The position numbers and the translations under genes were made by a program. Below are positions 26,988-36,923 of a stretch of 41,050 bases of DNA, one piece after another (the first letter of the stretch is position 1; each line of letters opens with the position of its first letter). Under the pieces are notes generated by a model, which searched no databases, was not told the origin of the DNA, and saw only the letters and a list, made by a program, of their open reading frames with translations. Source of the stretch: Bacteroidota bacterium (GTDB lineage: Bacteria; Bacteroidota; Bacteroidia; Bacteroidales; B18-G4); assembly GCA_039714935.1 (NCBI GenBank), contig JBDLIJ010000001.1, positions 1 through 41,050 of the forward strand, written 5' to 3'.

Positions 26988-27959
26988 ATGGGGACAAAAG
27001 CAAAGAACAATTCAGATAAGTGGCTGGTGGTTGTTAACCCTAATGCAGGAAGTCGTAAAGGGGAAAAAGACTGGCCAAAGATCAATGATCTGCTTATTCA
27101 TCATGGATTCATATTCGAATCAATGTTCACAAAAAACCGCAGGCATGCGATAGCGTTAACATCAGATATGATCAAAAAGGGATTCAGGCAGATCATTGTT
27201 GTTGGAGGAGATGGAACATTAAATGAAGTAGTAAATGGCATCTTTCAGCAAGACAGTTGCAAGCCTGATGATATCATCATTGGATTGATCCCTGTAGGCA
27301 CCGGCAATGATTGGGGAAGAACATATAAGTTCCCCAAAAAATACCATGAAGCCATAAAAGTGCTCAAAAAAGGACATCACTTTACCCAGGATGTAGGATA
27401 CGTAACTTATCATGATGCAGAAGGTGAGCATGAAAGATATTTTATCAATGTCAGTGGAATGGGATATGATGCCCTTGTAGCACAAAAAACAAACCGACTG
27501 AAAGACCAGGGGAAAGGCAATGCTTTTTCTTACTTACTTAATATTTTCACCGGGCTCTTCCAATATAAATATGCTCATTTCTGCATCAAAGCAGATGGCA
27601 TAGAGGTATTTAACGACAAAGTGTTAAGTATGAATCTTGGCATATGTAAGTATAATGGCGGTGGATTGATGCAGGTGCCTGATGCGATCCCTGACGATGG
27701 CATGCTGGATATTACTATTATTCATGCCATCTCGAAATTTAAGATCATAAAACATGTAGCACAACTTTACGACGGGTCCTTTATAAAACAAAAGTTTGTA
27801 GACACCCACCGTGCAAAGGAATGTAAGATCGTATCAAAACCACAGGGAAAGGTATTCCTCGAAGCCGACGGGGAGTCGCTGGGTCATTCCCCCCTGCTGT
27901 TTACTGTTAAAAAAAGAGCATTACGCTTTATAATTCCTCAGGATGAAGACATTGATTAA
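26988..27959 (+). CDS. Diacylglycerol-kinase-catalytic-domain lipid kinase (YegS/BmrU-like)
   Basis: Motifs are 'VVNPNAGS', 'VVGGDGTLNEVVNG' and 'PVGTGNDW'. Confidence 0.85.
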   Translation: MGTKAKNNSDKWLVVVNPNAGSRKGEKDWPKINDLLIHHGFIFESMFTKNRRHAIALTSDMIKKGFRQIIVVGGDGTLNEVVNGIFQQDSCKPDDIIIGLIPVGTGNDWGRTYKFPKKYHEAIKVLKKGHHFTQDVGYVTYHDAEGEHERYFINVSGMGYDALVAQKTNRLKDQGKGNAFSYLLNIFTGLFQYKYAHFCIKADGIEVFNDKVLSMNLGICKYNGGGLMQVPDAIPDDGMLDITIIHAISKFKIIKHVAQLYDGSFIKQKFVDTHRAKECKIVSKPQGKVFLEADGESLGHSPLLFTVKKRALRFIIPQDEDID

Positions 27960-28018
27960 ACATTATATCAATCAGGCTGTTATTAATAATAATTGATCTG
28001 TTAATTAGAACGCAAACC

Positions 28019-28423
28019 ATGGAATTCCCGGAAATAAATTATTGGGCTGTTCTTGTTTCCGCCCTCGCAAGTTTTATGATTGGCAGCTTATGGTATTCAC
28101 CCCTTTTATTTGCCAGTGTCTGGATGAAAGAACTTGGTTTCACAAAAGAAGGGATGGGCCGTACAAATATGGTTAAGATCTTTGGTATTTCATTTTTGTT
28201 ACTGCTGATCATCGCCTTCAACCTGGCTGCATTTATCGGCCCGGATGCTGATATGCGCTTCGGCCTTATCGCAGGCGCTTTATCCGGTATTGGGTGGGTG
28301 GGAGCTGCCCTGGGGGTAAATTATTTATTCGAGCGAAAATCATTTCGTTTCTGGCTTATCAATGCCGGTTATATGGCTGTATCCTTTATCATTATGGGTG
28401 GCATTATCGGTGCCTGGCATTAA
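28019..28423 (+). CDS. DUF1761-family membrane protein
   Basis: The 134 aa product has 4 TMs and an N-terminal 'NYWAVLVSALASFMIGSLWYSPLLF' typical of DUF1761. Confidence 0.65.
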   Translation: MEFPEINYWAVLVSALASFMIGSLWYSPLLFASVWMKELGFTKEGMGRTNMVKIFGISFLLLLIIAFNLAAFIGPDADMRFGLIAGALSGIGWVGAALGVNYLFERKSFRFWLINAGYMAVSFIIMGGIIGAWH

Positions 28424-30104
28424 TTAGTTCAAGTAGCTCGGTCAAAGCATCCTCCTCCGGAATATTTTTCTTCACCACCTCTCCTGAATGATAGAGGCTG
28501 ACTTTCCCTTTTCCGGAGCCTACATACCCAAAATCTGCGTCTGCCATCTCACCGGGCCCGTTCACGATACAACCCATCACTGCGATCTTAATATTTTTCA
28601 TACCCTGAGTATGTTCCTTGATCTTCCTTAAACTCTGCTGGATATCAAACTCCGTCCGACCACAGCCAGGACATGAAATATATTCAGTCCCTGTAATGCG
28701 TACACCTGTGGCCTGCAGAACGGCATATACTATATCCACCTGTTTGGATGTTGCTGATTCGTCATTCTCCAGGCAATATGCATTTCCATATTTACGCAAT
28801 ATCAGGGTAGAAAGATCTGAGCTGCTTCTCAATAATAAGGTGTCAGTGTCTTCTTCCGCATATGATAACTTAATGACGACCGGGTTTGAACACTTATGCT
28901 GAACCAGCATATCAAACATCTTACTGACAGGCGCAATATTGCCATTTATAACGGTAAAAAGGAATATTATCTCTGCATTATGATCAGTTTTTCCCTTAAT
29001 ATAGCTTTCAAGATCTTCAGGCCCGTTAACAATGAGCGCAGGATATTCCCTGCCTTCACGGTCTGTCAGCATTTTATGTTCATCCAATATTAGGTCCGGC
29101 TGCAATTCTGTATCATTCTGATGCTTTGCATTTCCTACAACAGCAATTGGGTTGCTCCCTCCGATGATACCAAAAACTTTAGTTTTCTTATGATCAAAAA
29201 TGCGATGGGGCGCTTTACTTTGTGCATCAGAATGGGAGCCTCTTTCTTCCTGATACATATCAGCTAAACATTTTGCAACCGGAATTTCTGCCACAGGATC
29301 CTCTGTGAGCGATACCCTGATCGTATCTCCAATGCCCAGTGCCAGCAAGGGGCCTATTCCGGCTGCTGACCTGACCCTTCCGTCTTCACCTTCTCCTGCT
29401 TCTGTAACTCCCAGGTGAACAGGATAATCCATTCCGGCCTGCATCATTTCATTCACCATTCCAATGCTCGCTTTTACCATGGTTTGAACATGGCTGGATT
29501 TCATGGAAACCACAAGATCATGAAAGTCGGCATTGCGACAAATATTCAGAAACTCCATAGCAGAGGCAATCATTCCTTCCGCTGTATTGCCATATTGCTG
29601 AAGAATCCTGTCTGACAAGGAGCCATGGTTTACACCCACCCTGATCACTGTATTGTTTTTTCGGCAAATATCAGTAAGACGATTGATCCCTTCTCTGATA
29701 AGCTCAGGTTGAGCGTGGCTTGCTTTCTGCTTTTTAGCTTTCGCGAGAAAATGTTGCTGGTCAAAATAATTCCCCGGGTTGATCCTGATCTTATGCACTA
29801 TCTCAGCAGCACGTTCAGCAAGCAGCGGATTGAAATGAATATCGGCCGCCAGCGGAACGAAAATGCCACGGTTTTCCAACATCGTACGAATAACACCAAT
29901 ATTCTCAGCTTCACTGATATTTCTTGCAGTCAGCCGTACCAATTCACAACCGGCCTCATGTAAATCCATTATCTGTCTGAAGGAAGCCTCAGTATCCATG
30001 GTGGGCGTATTTGTCATTGACTGAATCCTGATTCGTTCAGAGCCTCCCAGCTTGAGCCCGCCAATCTGCAGAACGCGCGAAATATAGTTCACATGTGTAA
30101 TCAT
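28404..30104 (-). CDS. ispG: 4-hydroxy-3-methylbut-2-en-1-yl diphosphate synthase, long form with insert domain
   Basis: The N-terminal TIM barrel has 'IRIQSMTNT'. The C-terminal 4Fe-4S ligand contexts are 'SCPGCGRT' and 'GCIVNGPGE'. A long central insertion is present, as in Bacteroidota, plant and chlamydial enzymes. Confidence 0.9.
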   Translation of the reverse strand: MITHVNYISRVLQIGGLKLGGSERIRIQSMTNTPTMDTEASFRQIMDLHEAGCELVRLTARNISEAENIGVIRTMLENRGIFVPLAADIHFNPLLAERAAEIVHKIRINPGNYFDQQHFLAKAKKQKASHAQPELIREGINRLTDICRKNNTVIRVGVNHGSLSDRILQQYGNTAEGMIASAMEFLNICRNADFHDLVVSMKSSHVQTMVKASIGMVNEMMQAGMDYPVHLGVTEAGEGEDGRVRSAAGIGPLLALGIGDTIRVSLTEDPVAEIPVAKCLADMYQEERGSHSDAQSKAPHRIFDHKKTKVFGIIGGSNPIAVVGNAKHQNDTELQPDLILDEHKMLTDREGREYPALIVNGPEDLESYIKGKTDHNAEIIFLFTVINGNIAPVSKMFDMLVQHKCSNPVVIKLSYAEEDTDTLLLRSSSDLSTLILRKYGNAYCLENDESATSKQVDIVYAVLQATGVRITGTEYISCPGCGRTEFDIQQSLRKIKEHTQGMKNIKIAVMGCIVNGPGEMADADFGYVGSGKGKVSLYHSGEVVKKNIPEEDALTELLELINARHR

Positions 30105-30317
30105 AAAACAGCCCCCGTATTAAAAACCCTAAATTATTTCCTTTGCTTTGCAGGCAACCATTTTGTAAAAATACTATTCTTACAATAAATAAAAGAAATA
30201 ATAGTTTATCATATTACAATCAAAATAAGCTGAAAAAGCTATTTTTGACAAAGTTCCGGCACGCTTACATTTACTGAAAAGTTTACCGGCTTTGATAATA
30301 CAAAACACCATACGCTG

Positions 30318-32648
30318 ATGAATATACCTAGACAAGCGCTAATCATTTTTCTGATAGGATTATTTTCAATACAGGCATTCAGCCAGAATGCAGGAGTTGG
30401 TGAATGGCGTGATCATTTGCCTTTTAACAGGTTCATTGCAGTTGCAGAAGCTGAAAATACAATATTTGGAGCTACCGAATATGCAGTATTAACCTACGAT
30501 AAAGATGAGAAGGCCATTGAGAGATACACAAAGATCAACGGACTTTCTGATATTGGCATCAGTGATATAAAATACAGCAATGAGCTTCAAACGGTGGTGC
30601 TCGCCTACACCAATACCAATATTGACCTTTTTAAAGGAAACAGTATTGTCAATATTCCCGATATCAAGCGAAAGCCTATCCTTGGGAACAAGGTCATCAA
30701 CAAAATTACACTCAGGGGCGACTACGCATATCTATCCTGTGGTTTCGGCATTGTGGTGCTGGATGTTAAGCGGGAAGAAATATTCGACACATGGTATATC
30801 GGTACTTCAGGGAGTCAGATCAATGTGCTGGATATAACCTATAACGATACAGCTTTCTTTGTAGCTACTGAAAATGGAATTTATCAGGCATCTGTTGATC
30901 ACCCTAACCTGGCTGATTATTCTGCCTGGTCAAAAATGTATGATGCACCTTATCCAAGCTATCAGTATAACCTGATTGAAGCATACGCAGGAAAAGTCTT
31001 TGTGAACCTGAAGGCATCAGGCATCATAGAGCAGGATAGTGTTTTCTACTACGATGGAACAGCCTGGATACCATTCCTGACTGAGAATGGTCATGCTGTA
31101 AATAACATAAATGTATGCCATGGAAAACTTGTTTTCGCCCTGGCTTACTCCGGTAAAGTGTTTAATGAATCCCTTGAGCAGGAACAGAATATCTACACCT
31201 ATAACCCCGGAAGTCCGGCTATGAATGATGCAATTTACGATAAGGATGGGAGTGTGTGGGTTGCCGACAATAAGAAAGGACTTATTGAGTCATTCAGCAA
31301 TGGCTGGGGAAGCATGATGATAAATCCCGGAGGGCCGTATACTGCCAATGTCTTTTCAATGACTTCTTCGGATAATCATGTTTGGGTGGCGCCGGGAGGA
31401 TATACAAGCACATGGTCGCCTTTATTTCTCAACTACGGGACATATCGTTTTCATGATGAAGAATGGAAAAATCTTAATTCCAGTACTGTTCCAGAAATGC
31501 TTGGAATTCGTGATATAGTTACTATTGCTGTCAATCCGACAAATTCAAACCAGGCATATTTAGGTGTCTTCAGAAACGAATTCGGGCTGCTGGAAATGAC
31601 CGGTAATGAGGTAACAGAAAAATTCAATATTGAAAATAGTGAACTTCAGCTCTGGGAGGCAGCAGGTACCATAGCGCTGGCAGGGCTCGGATTTGATTCA
31701 CAGGGTAGTTTATGGGCGCTTTGCTCCGGTGCTGAGAAGTTGCTTGCCGAGAAAAAATCCGACGGCAGCTGGGCATCATATGGCCTGGGAGGCAGTGCTT
31801 CTTCTGTCGACTGCCGCGACCTTTTTGTAGACTCTTATGACCAGAAGTGGGTTCTCTTCAGGCACACCAATAGTAACCCAAACTTCATTGCGGTATACTA
31901 TGAAAAAAATCCTCCCGGAGATCAGCTCAAGCTACTGCGTTCTGAAACAGGTTTTGGCAATATTCCGGGCACGAATGTTTTTAGCATTGCCCAGGATCAT
32001 GACGGCGAAATCTGGATTGGCACTGATGAAGGTATTGGTATTTTCTACTCCCCCACTACGATACTTACCACATCGGATTATGATGCAGTCAGGCCATTGG
32101 TCAACTTTGACGGTTATGTTCAATATTTACTCGAAACGGAAGTTGTTACGTCCATTGCCGTTGATGGTGATAACCGGAAATGGATTGGGACGGAACGATC
32201 AGGAGTATTTTTTCTTTCACAAGATGGAACTGAACAGATCGAGCATTTCACAGAAGATAACAGCCCTCTGTTCTCAAACCAGATCATTGATATCGTGATA
32301 AATGATGATGGGGAAGTATTCATTGCCACGGCCAATGGCATCTTAGGCTACAAAGGAACAGCCTCCAGTCCGACAGAAAGCTATGACGAGATATATGCTT
32401 ATCCAAATCCGGTAAAAGACGGGTTTGATGGCTTGATTGCTGTAAAAGGACTGATCAAAGATTCTGATGTAAAAATCACCGATATCAACGGCACTCTTAT
32501 CTATGCTACGCGTTCTGAAGGTGGTCAGGCTGTGTGGAATGGCAGAAACTTTGATGGCAGAAAGGCCAGGCCCGGAGTTTACCTTGTATTTGCCGCTACA
32601 GAAGATGGCTTGGAAAAGGTCGTTACCAAGATCATGATTATCGACTGA
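30318..32648 (+). CDS. PorZ-like T9SS protein: two beta-propeller regions plus a T9SS C-terminal sorting domain
   Basis: The 776 aa product has a signal peptide and repeated two-component-regulator-propeller-like blades ('WIGT..GI', 'VWVA'). Its C-terminal CTD is 'YAYPNPV...WNGRNFDGRKARPGVYLVFA...KIMIID'. Confidence 0.6.
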   Translation: MNIPRQALIIFLIGLFSIQAFSQNAGVGEWRDHLPFNRFIAVAEAENTIFGATEYAVLTYDKDEKAIERYTKINGLSDIGISDIKYSNELQTVVLAYTNTNIDLFKGNSIVNIPDIKRKPILGNKVINKITLRGDYAYLSCGFGIVVLDVKREEIFDTWYIGTSGSQINVLDITYNDTAFFVATENGIYQASVDHPNLADYSAWSKMYDAPYPSYQYNLIEAYAGKVFVNLKASGIIEQDSVFYYDGTAWIPFLTENGHAVNNINVCHGKLVFALAYSGKVFNESLEQEQNIYTYNPGSPAMNDAIYDKDGSVWVADNKKGLIESFSNGWGSMMINPGGPYTANVFSMTSSDNHVWVAPGGYTSTWSPLFLNYGTYRFHDEEWKNLNSSTVPEMLGIRDIVTIAVNPTNSNQAYLGVFRNEFGLLEMTGNEVTEKFNIENSELQLWEAAGTIALAGLGFDSQGSLWALCSGAEKLLAEKKSDGSWASYGLGGSASSVDCRDLFVDSYDQKWVLFRHTNSNPNFIAVYYEKNPPGDQLKLLRSETGFGNIPGTNVFSIAQDHDGEIWIGTDEGIGIFYSPTTILTTSDYDAVRPLVNFDGYVQYLLETEVVTSIAVDGDNRKWIGTERSGVFFLSQDGTEQIEHFTEDNSPLFSNQIIDIVINDDGEVFIATANGILGYKGTASSPTESYDEIYAYPNPVKDGFDGLIAVKGLIKDSDVKITDINGTLIYATRSEGGQAVWNGRNFDGRKARPGVYLVFAATEDGLEKVVTKIMIID

Positions 32649-32670
32649 TCCAATTCCGTATCTTAGCGGT

Positions 32671-33396
32671 ATGCTGCATAAGACCCGTGGAATAGTTTTA
32701 CATCAAATCAGGTATTCTGAAAGCAGCCTGATCGTTAAGATCTTTACCAGAGATCTGGGTTTGCAATCCTACCTGGTCAAAGGAGCACGTTCGAAAAGAT
32801 CTTCAATGAGAAGCAGTTTATTCCAGCCTATGACGCTGCTTGATCTTGTTGTTTACCACCGTGAAAAAAATGATCTTCAACATATGCGGGAAGCTGCTCT
32901 GGCTGAACCTTTCCATTCTATTGCTTCCGATCTGAGAAGAAGCTCTATTGCACTCTTTCTGGCAGAGATCATCACAAAAACACTGAAAGAAGGTGAAGCA
33001 AATGAAGATATGTTTGATTTTTTAGCTTCCTCACTTCACTACCTGGATATACAATCCGGGGGGCTGGAGAATTTTCATCTCTATTTCCTTATACAATACA
33101 GCCGTTTTCTTGGCTTTAATCCCCAGGGAAAACCTCAGGGCTCCAATGCCTGCTTCGATCTCAGAGAGGGGAAATTTGTTTCTGAACAACCTGCTCATTC
33201 CGATCGGATAGAAGGAGAGCCTGGCAAGTCTTTCTATATGCTGACCATGGCTTCCGCCGGAGGCCTGGATAAGCTTACAATCCCAAAAAGTATCCGTGAC
33301 AAGCTGCTGAATGCACTTATTATGTATTATCAAATACACCTCAGCGGATTAGGTACCATTAAATCACTTGATGTACTCAGGGAGGTGTTCCGTTAA
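32671..33396 (+). CDS. recO: DNA repair protein RecO
   Basis: The 241 aa product has an N-terminal OB-fold region 'TRGIVLHQIRYSESSLIVKIFT' and typical RecO length and layout. Confidence 0.8.
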   Translation: MLHKTRGIVLHQIRYSESSLIVKIFTRDLGLQSYLVKGARSKRSSMRSSLFQPMTLLDLVVYHREKNDLQHMREAALAEPFHSIASDLRRSSIALFLAEIITKTLKEGEANEDMFDFLASSLHYLDIQSGGLENFHLYFLIQYSRFLGFNPQGKPQGSNACFDLREGKFVSEQPAHSDRIEGEPGKSFYMLTMASAGGLDKLTIPKSIRDKLLNALIMYYQIHLSGLGTIKSLDVLREVFR

Positions 33397-34073
33397 TTGC
33401 CGGTGATAAGATCTATGAGGATGCTTTTTAAAGCAGATTTAATATCTGCCATATCCTGTCGCTTTCCCAGTTCTTTTGCCATAGACGTCACCCCTTTATC
33501 CGTGAACCCGCAGGGATTGATATAATTATAAAAACCGAGGTCAGTATTTACGTTAAAAGCAAATCCGTGCATGGTAACAAAACGGCTGGATCGCACTCCT
33601 ATAGCACATATTTTTCTTGCTTGCTGTGGTGTATCAGCATCAAGCCATACTCCGCTTGCACCTTCCAATCTGGTGGAAACGATATTATATTCTTTAAGAA
33701 GAATCATGACGGCCTCCTCAAGTATTTCGATATACTTTCTGATTCCCAGATTAAATTGTTCAAGATCAAGAATGGGATAGCCAACTATCTGCCCCGGCCC
33801 ATGATAGGTTATATCTCCACCTCTGTTGGTCCTGAAAAATGTAGCACCCTTACTTTTCAACACCTGCTCATTGATCAGCAGATTTTGATCAGAACCGCTT
33901 TTCCCCAGGGTAAATACATGCGGATGCTCACAAAACAACAGATAGTTAGGAATAGGATTATTGCCTTGACCATCTTTCCCCCCGATGATCTTCCTGAACA
34001 ACTCTTCCTGATACTCCCAGGCTTCTGCATAGGGGATCTTTCCGAGGTCCTTATAAACAATCTCTTTATTCAT
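33393..34073 (-). CDS. lipB: Octanoyltransferase (lipoyl(octanoyl) transferase)
   Basis: It carries 'RGGDITYHGPGQ' and the 'PCG' catalytic Cys context. The ATG at 34073 (MNKEIVYKDLG) is preferred, with ATGs at 34079 and 34097 as alternatives. It overlaps the lipA stop. Confidence 0.9.
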   Translation of the reverse strand: MNKEIVYKDLGKIPYAEAWEYQEELFRKIIGGKDGQGNNPIPNYLLFCEHPHVFTLGKSGSDQNLLINEQVLKSKGATFFRTNRGGDITYHGPGQIVGYPILDLEQFNLGIRKYIEILEEAVMILLKEYNIVSTRLEGASGVWLDADTPQQARKICAIGVRSSRFVTMHGFAFNVNTDLGFYNYINPCGFTDKGVTSMAKELGKRQDMADIKSALKSILIDLITGN

Positions 34074-34941
34074 GGTCATCAGGCCGCCTGGCGACATGTT
34101 TTTCTGCTTTATAAGAAGATCTCACAAGAGGCTGGCTTTCAACATGCACAAAGCCCTTATCGAGTCCCGCAATGCGAAAGGATTCAAACGCTGACGGAGT
34201 AGTGAATGAACATACCTCTAAATGTTCCTTGCTTGGCTGCAGGTACTGCCCGATGGTGAAAACCTCACAGCCAACGGAAATCAGGTCATCCATTGTCTCC
34301 AGTATTTCTTTGTGGCTTTCTCCCAGGCCGGTCATGATTCCCGATTTAGCCCTCACACCGGATTGCGATATGAAACGGATCACTTCAAGGCTCCTGTCGT
34401 ATGATGCCACACTTCTTACTTCCGGAGTAAGCCGTCGAACTGTTTCCAGGTTGTGGGAGATCACCTCCGCCCCGGCATCAATAACCAACTGTATAAGTTC
34501 CTTTTTTCCCTGGAAGTCGGGGATCAATGCCTCTATGGTGATACCAGGGCTCTTCTCTTTTACTGCCCTGATGGTATCAGCCCATATCCCTGCCCCGCCA
34601 TCTTCCAGGTCATCTCTGTCGACTGACGTTAATACACAATGCTTAAGGCCCATAAGTTTTACCGATTCCGCCACACGTTCGGGTTCGCCATAATCAACAG
34701 CAGAAGGACGGCCCGTTTTTACATTACAAAATTTACAGGAACGGGTACAGATATCACCCAGTATCATCAGGGTAGCGGTTCCACGCTCCCAGCAATCACT
34801 CATATTCGGACAGTTACCACTTGTACAGATCGTATGCAACTTATGCTTTTTAACGATCTCCCTCACCCCAAGATACTCCTTGCCCGCGGGCACCCTGATC
34901 TTCAGCCAGTCGGGTTTCTGTCTTTTGCGTTTCTCTTCCAT
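34066..34941 (-). CDS. lipA: Lipoyl synthase (radical SAM)
   Basis: The radical SAM motif is 'CTRSCKFCNV' and the auxiliary cluster context is 'CTSGNCPNMSDCW'. The ATG at 34941 is preferred over the TTG at 34953. Confidence 0.95.
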   Translation of the reverse strand: MEEKRKRQKPDWLKIRVPAGKEYLGVREIVKKHKLHTICTSGNCPNMSDCWERGTATLMILGDICTRSCKFCNVKTGRPSAVDYGEPERVAESVKLMGLKHCVLTSVDRDDLEDGGAGIWADTIRAVKEKSPGITIEALIPDFQGKKELIQLVIDAGAEVISHNLETVRRLTPEVRSVASYDRSLEVIRFISQSGVRAKSGIMTGLGESHKEILETMDDLISVGCEVFTIGQYLQPSKEHLEVCSFTTPSAFESFRIAGLDKGFVHVESQPLVRSSYKAEKHVARRPDDHE

Positions 34942-35003
34942 ATGCTGATGCAAAATTACAAATTAAGATTACAAATCACTACTGTCCGGGTAAACAGAAT
35001 TTT

Positions 35004-35038
35004 ACCTAAAACCCAACACCCAACACCTAACACCATTA
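35004..35038. repeat. Tandem heptamer array, about 5 units of ACCYAAC (a second heptamer family)
   Basis: Read directly: acctaaa acccaac acccaac acctaac accatta. It lies in the divergent lipA/lysS intergenic region, just upstream of the lysS -7 box. Confidence 0.85.
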
Positions 35039-35044
35039 AAGTAT

Positions 35045-35052
35045 TATCTTTG
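35045..35052 (+). promoter_or_regulatory. Possible -7 promoter box (TATCTTTG) for lysS
   Basis: It matches TAnnTTTG and lies 15 nt upstream of the ATG at 35067. Confidence 0.4.
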
Positions 35053-35066
35053 CAAAAATTTTTACC

Positions 35067-36788
35067 ATGAGTCAGGAACTTAGCGAACAGGAACAGATTA
35101 GAAGAAATTCTCTGGAAGAATTAGCCAGGATAGGAATCAACCCTTATCCTGCTGATACCTATGAGGTAAATGCAAACACAAGAGATATACTTGAAAAGTT
35201 TCCGGAAGATGATTCACTTTTTCAGGATATTAGTATCGCCGGTCGTATTATGGGCCGTCGCATTATGGGCGCTGCTGCATTTGTTGAGTTGCAGGACAAG
35301 AGCGGAAAAATACAGCTGTATTTTAAAAGAGATGAAATTTGTCCGGGAGAGGACAAGAGCCTGTATAATATAGTGTTTAAGCGTCTGCTTGACATTGGTG
35401 ATATCATCGGAGTGAAAGGCTATGTCTTTACTACGAAAATGGGAGAGATCACCGTTCATGTGAAGGAGTATACCTTGCTGAGCAAGTCATTGAAACCGCT
35501 TCCTGTTGTTAAGGAAAAAGATGACAAAGTGTGGGATGCCTTTACGGATCCTGAGCAACGCTATCGTCAGCGTTATCTTGACCTCATTGTAAACCCTGAG
35601 GTAAGGGATACATTCAGAAAAAGGGCAGAACTTATCAACTCCATGAGAGGGTTTTTAGATAAGCAAGGATACCTGGAAGTTGAAACACCTATTTTGCAAC
35701 CTCTGTACGGTGGAGCTGCAGCCCGTCCGTTCAAGACGCATCACAACAGCCTTGACATGACGCTATACCTGAGGATTGCCAATGAGCTATATCTGAAAAG
35801 ATTGATCGTTGGAGGATATGAAGGGGTTTATGAATTCAGCAAAGACTTTCGCAATGAAGGGATGAGCAGGTTTCATAATCCTGAGTTTACTCAGATGGAA
35901 CTTTATGTGGCCTATAAAGATTATGAGTGGATGATGGATCTGGTAGAAGAAATGGTAGAAAATATTGCCACTGATATTCATGGTACCACCAAAGTAAGTG
36001 TAGGGGAGAATGTAATTGATTTTAAGCGGCCTTGGAAGCGCTATAGCATGCATGCCGTGATCAATGAGTTTACAGGCATTGATATCACAGAGATGGACGA
36101 AGCCGAGCTGCGGTCTACTGCCAATAAACTTGGTGTTGAAACTGATCCCAGCATGGGTAAAGGGAAATTAATTGATGAGATCTTTGGTGAAACCTGTGAG
36201 CCCAGGCTGATACAACCAACATTTATTACTGATTACCCGGTTGAAATGTCACCACTTGCAAAAAAGCATCGTAACAAAGAAGGTCTTGTTGAAAGATTCG
36301 AAGCTATTTGCAATGGCAAAGAGCTATGCAACGCCTTCAGTGAGCTCAATGATCCTGTCGACCAGCGGAAACGCTTTGAGGATCAGCTGGAGCTAGGCAA
36401 ACGTGGAGACACCGAATCCATGGTTCTTGATGAAGATTTCCTCAGGGCACTGGAATATGGCATGCCTCCTACTGCCGGCCTCGGTATTGGCATCGACAGG
36501 CTCGCCATGATCATGACGAATTCCCCTTCCATACAGGATGTGCTCTTCTTCCCTCAGATGCGGCCTGAAAAAAAAGCAGAAGTTTCCGAGGATGGAGAAT
36601 TCATTGCACTGGGGTTCCCCGCAGAGTGGGTCCCTTTTCTTCGCCAGAAGGGCTATAACACCCTGGAAGAACTGAGAGAAGCCAATCCGAATAAGCTCAC
36701 CAACGACCTGAATGGCCTGAGAAAAAAGAATAAACTCAATATTCCGGCCCTTAATCCCGGTGAAGTAAAAGAATGGTTATCTTCCTAA
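35067..36788 (+). CDS. lysS: Lysine--tRNA ligase, class II, with a C-terminal extension of about 70 aa
   Basis: It has the OB anticodon-binding region '[19 protein letters not shown]', motif 2 'FRNEG' and motif 3 'GLGIGIDRL'. Extra residues follow 'FFPQMRPE'. Confidence 0.95.
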   Translation: MSQELSEQEQIRRNSLEELARIGINPYPADTYEVNANTRDILEKFPEDDSLFQDISIAGRIMGRRIMGAAAFVELQDKSGKIQLYFKRDEICPGEDKSLYNIVFKRLLDIGDIIGVKGYVFTTKMGEITVHVKEYTLLSKSLKPLPVVKEKDDKVWDAFTDPEQRYRQRYLDLIVNPEVRDTFRKRAELINSMRGFLDKQGYLEVETPILQPLYGGAAARPFKTHHNSLDMTLYLRIANELYLKRLIVGGYEGVYEFSKDFRNEGMSRFHNPEFTQMELYVAYKDYEWMMDLVEEMVENIATDIHGTTKVSVGENVIDFKRPWKRYSMHAVINEFTGIDITEMDEAELRSTANKLGVETDPSMGKGKLIDEIFGETCEPRLIQPTFITDYPVEMSPLAKKHRNKEGLVERFEAICNGKELCNAFSELNDPVDQRKRFEDQLELGKRGDTESMVLDEDFLRALEYGMPPTAGLGIGIDRLAMIMTNSPSIQDVLFFPQMRPEKKAEVSEDGEFIALGFPAEWVPFLRQKGYNTLEELREANPNKLTNDLNGLRKKNKLNIPALNPGEVKEWLSS

Positions 36789-36923
36789 ATCAGCATTAAT
36801 TGCTTTGATCCCGGCATGATGCTTGTATATTCATTCAAGATTTTTAAATTTGCACCCCTTAATATACAATCTATTACATATTAATTCGTTAAAAAAACAA
36901 ATCATTAAAATCTAAATATTATT

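Noticed and set aside
35239-35268. A 15 nt direct duplication (ggtcgtattatgggc / cgtcgcattatgggc) in lysS
   Set aside because: It encodes '[10 protein letters not shown]', the normal conserved segment of the LysS OB-fold domain (compare E. coli 'GRMMTRRIMG'), so it is not a recent duplication.
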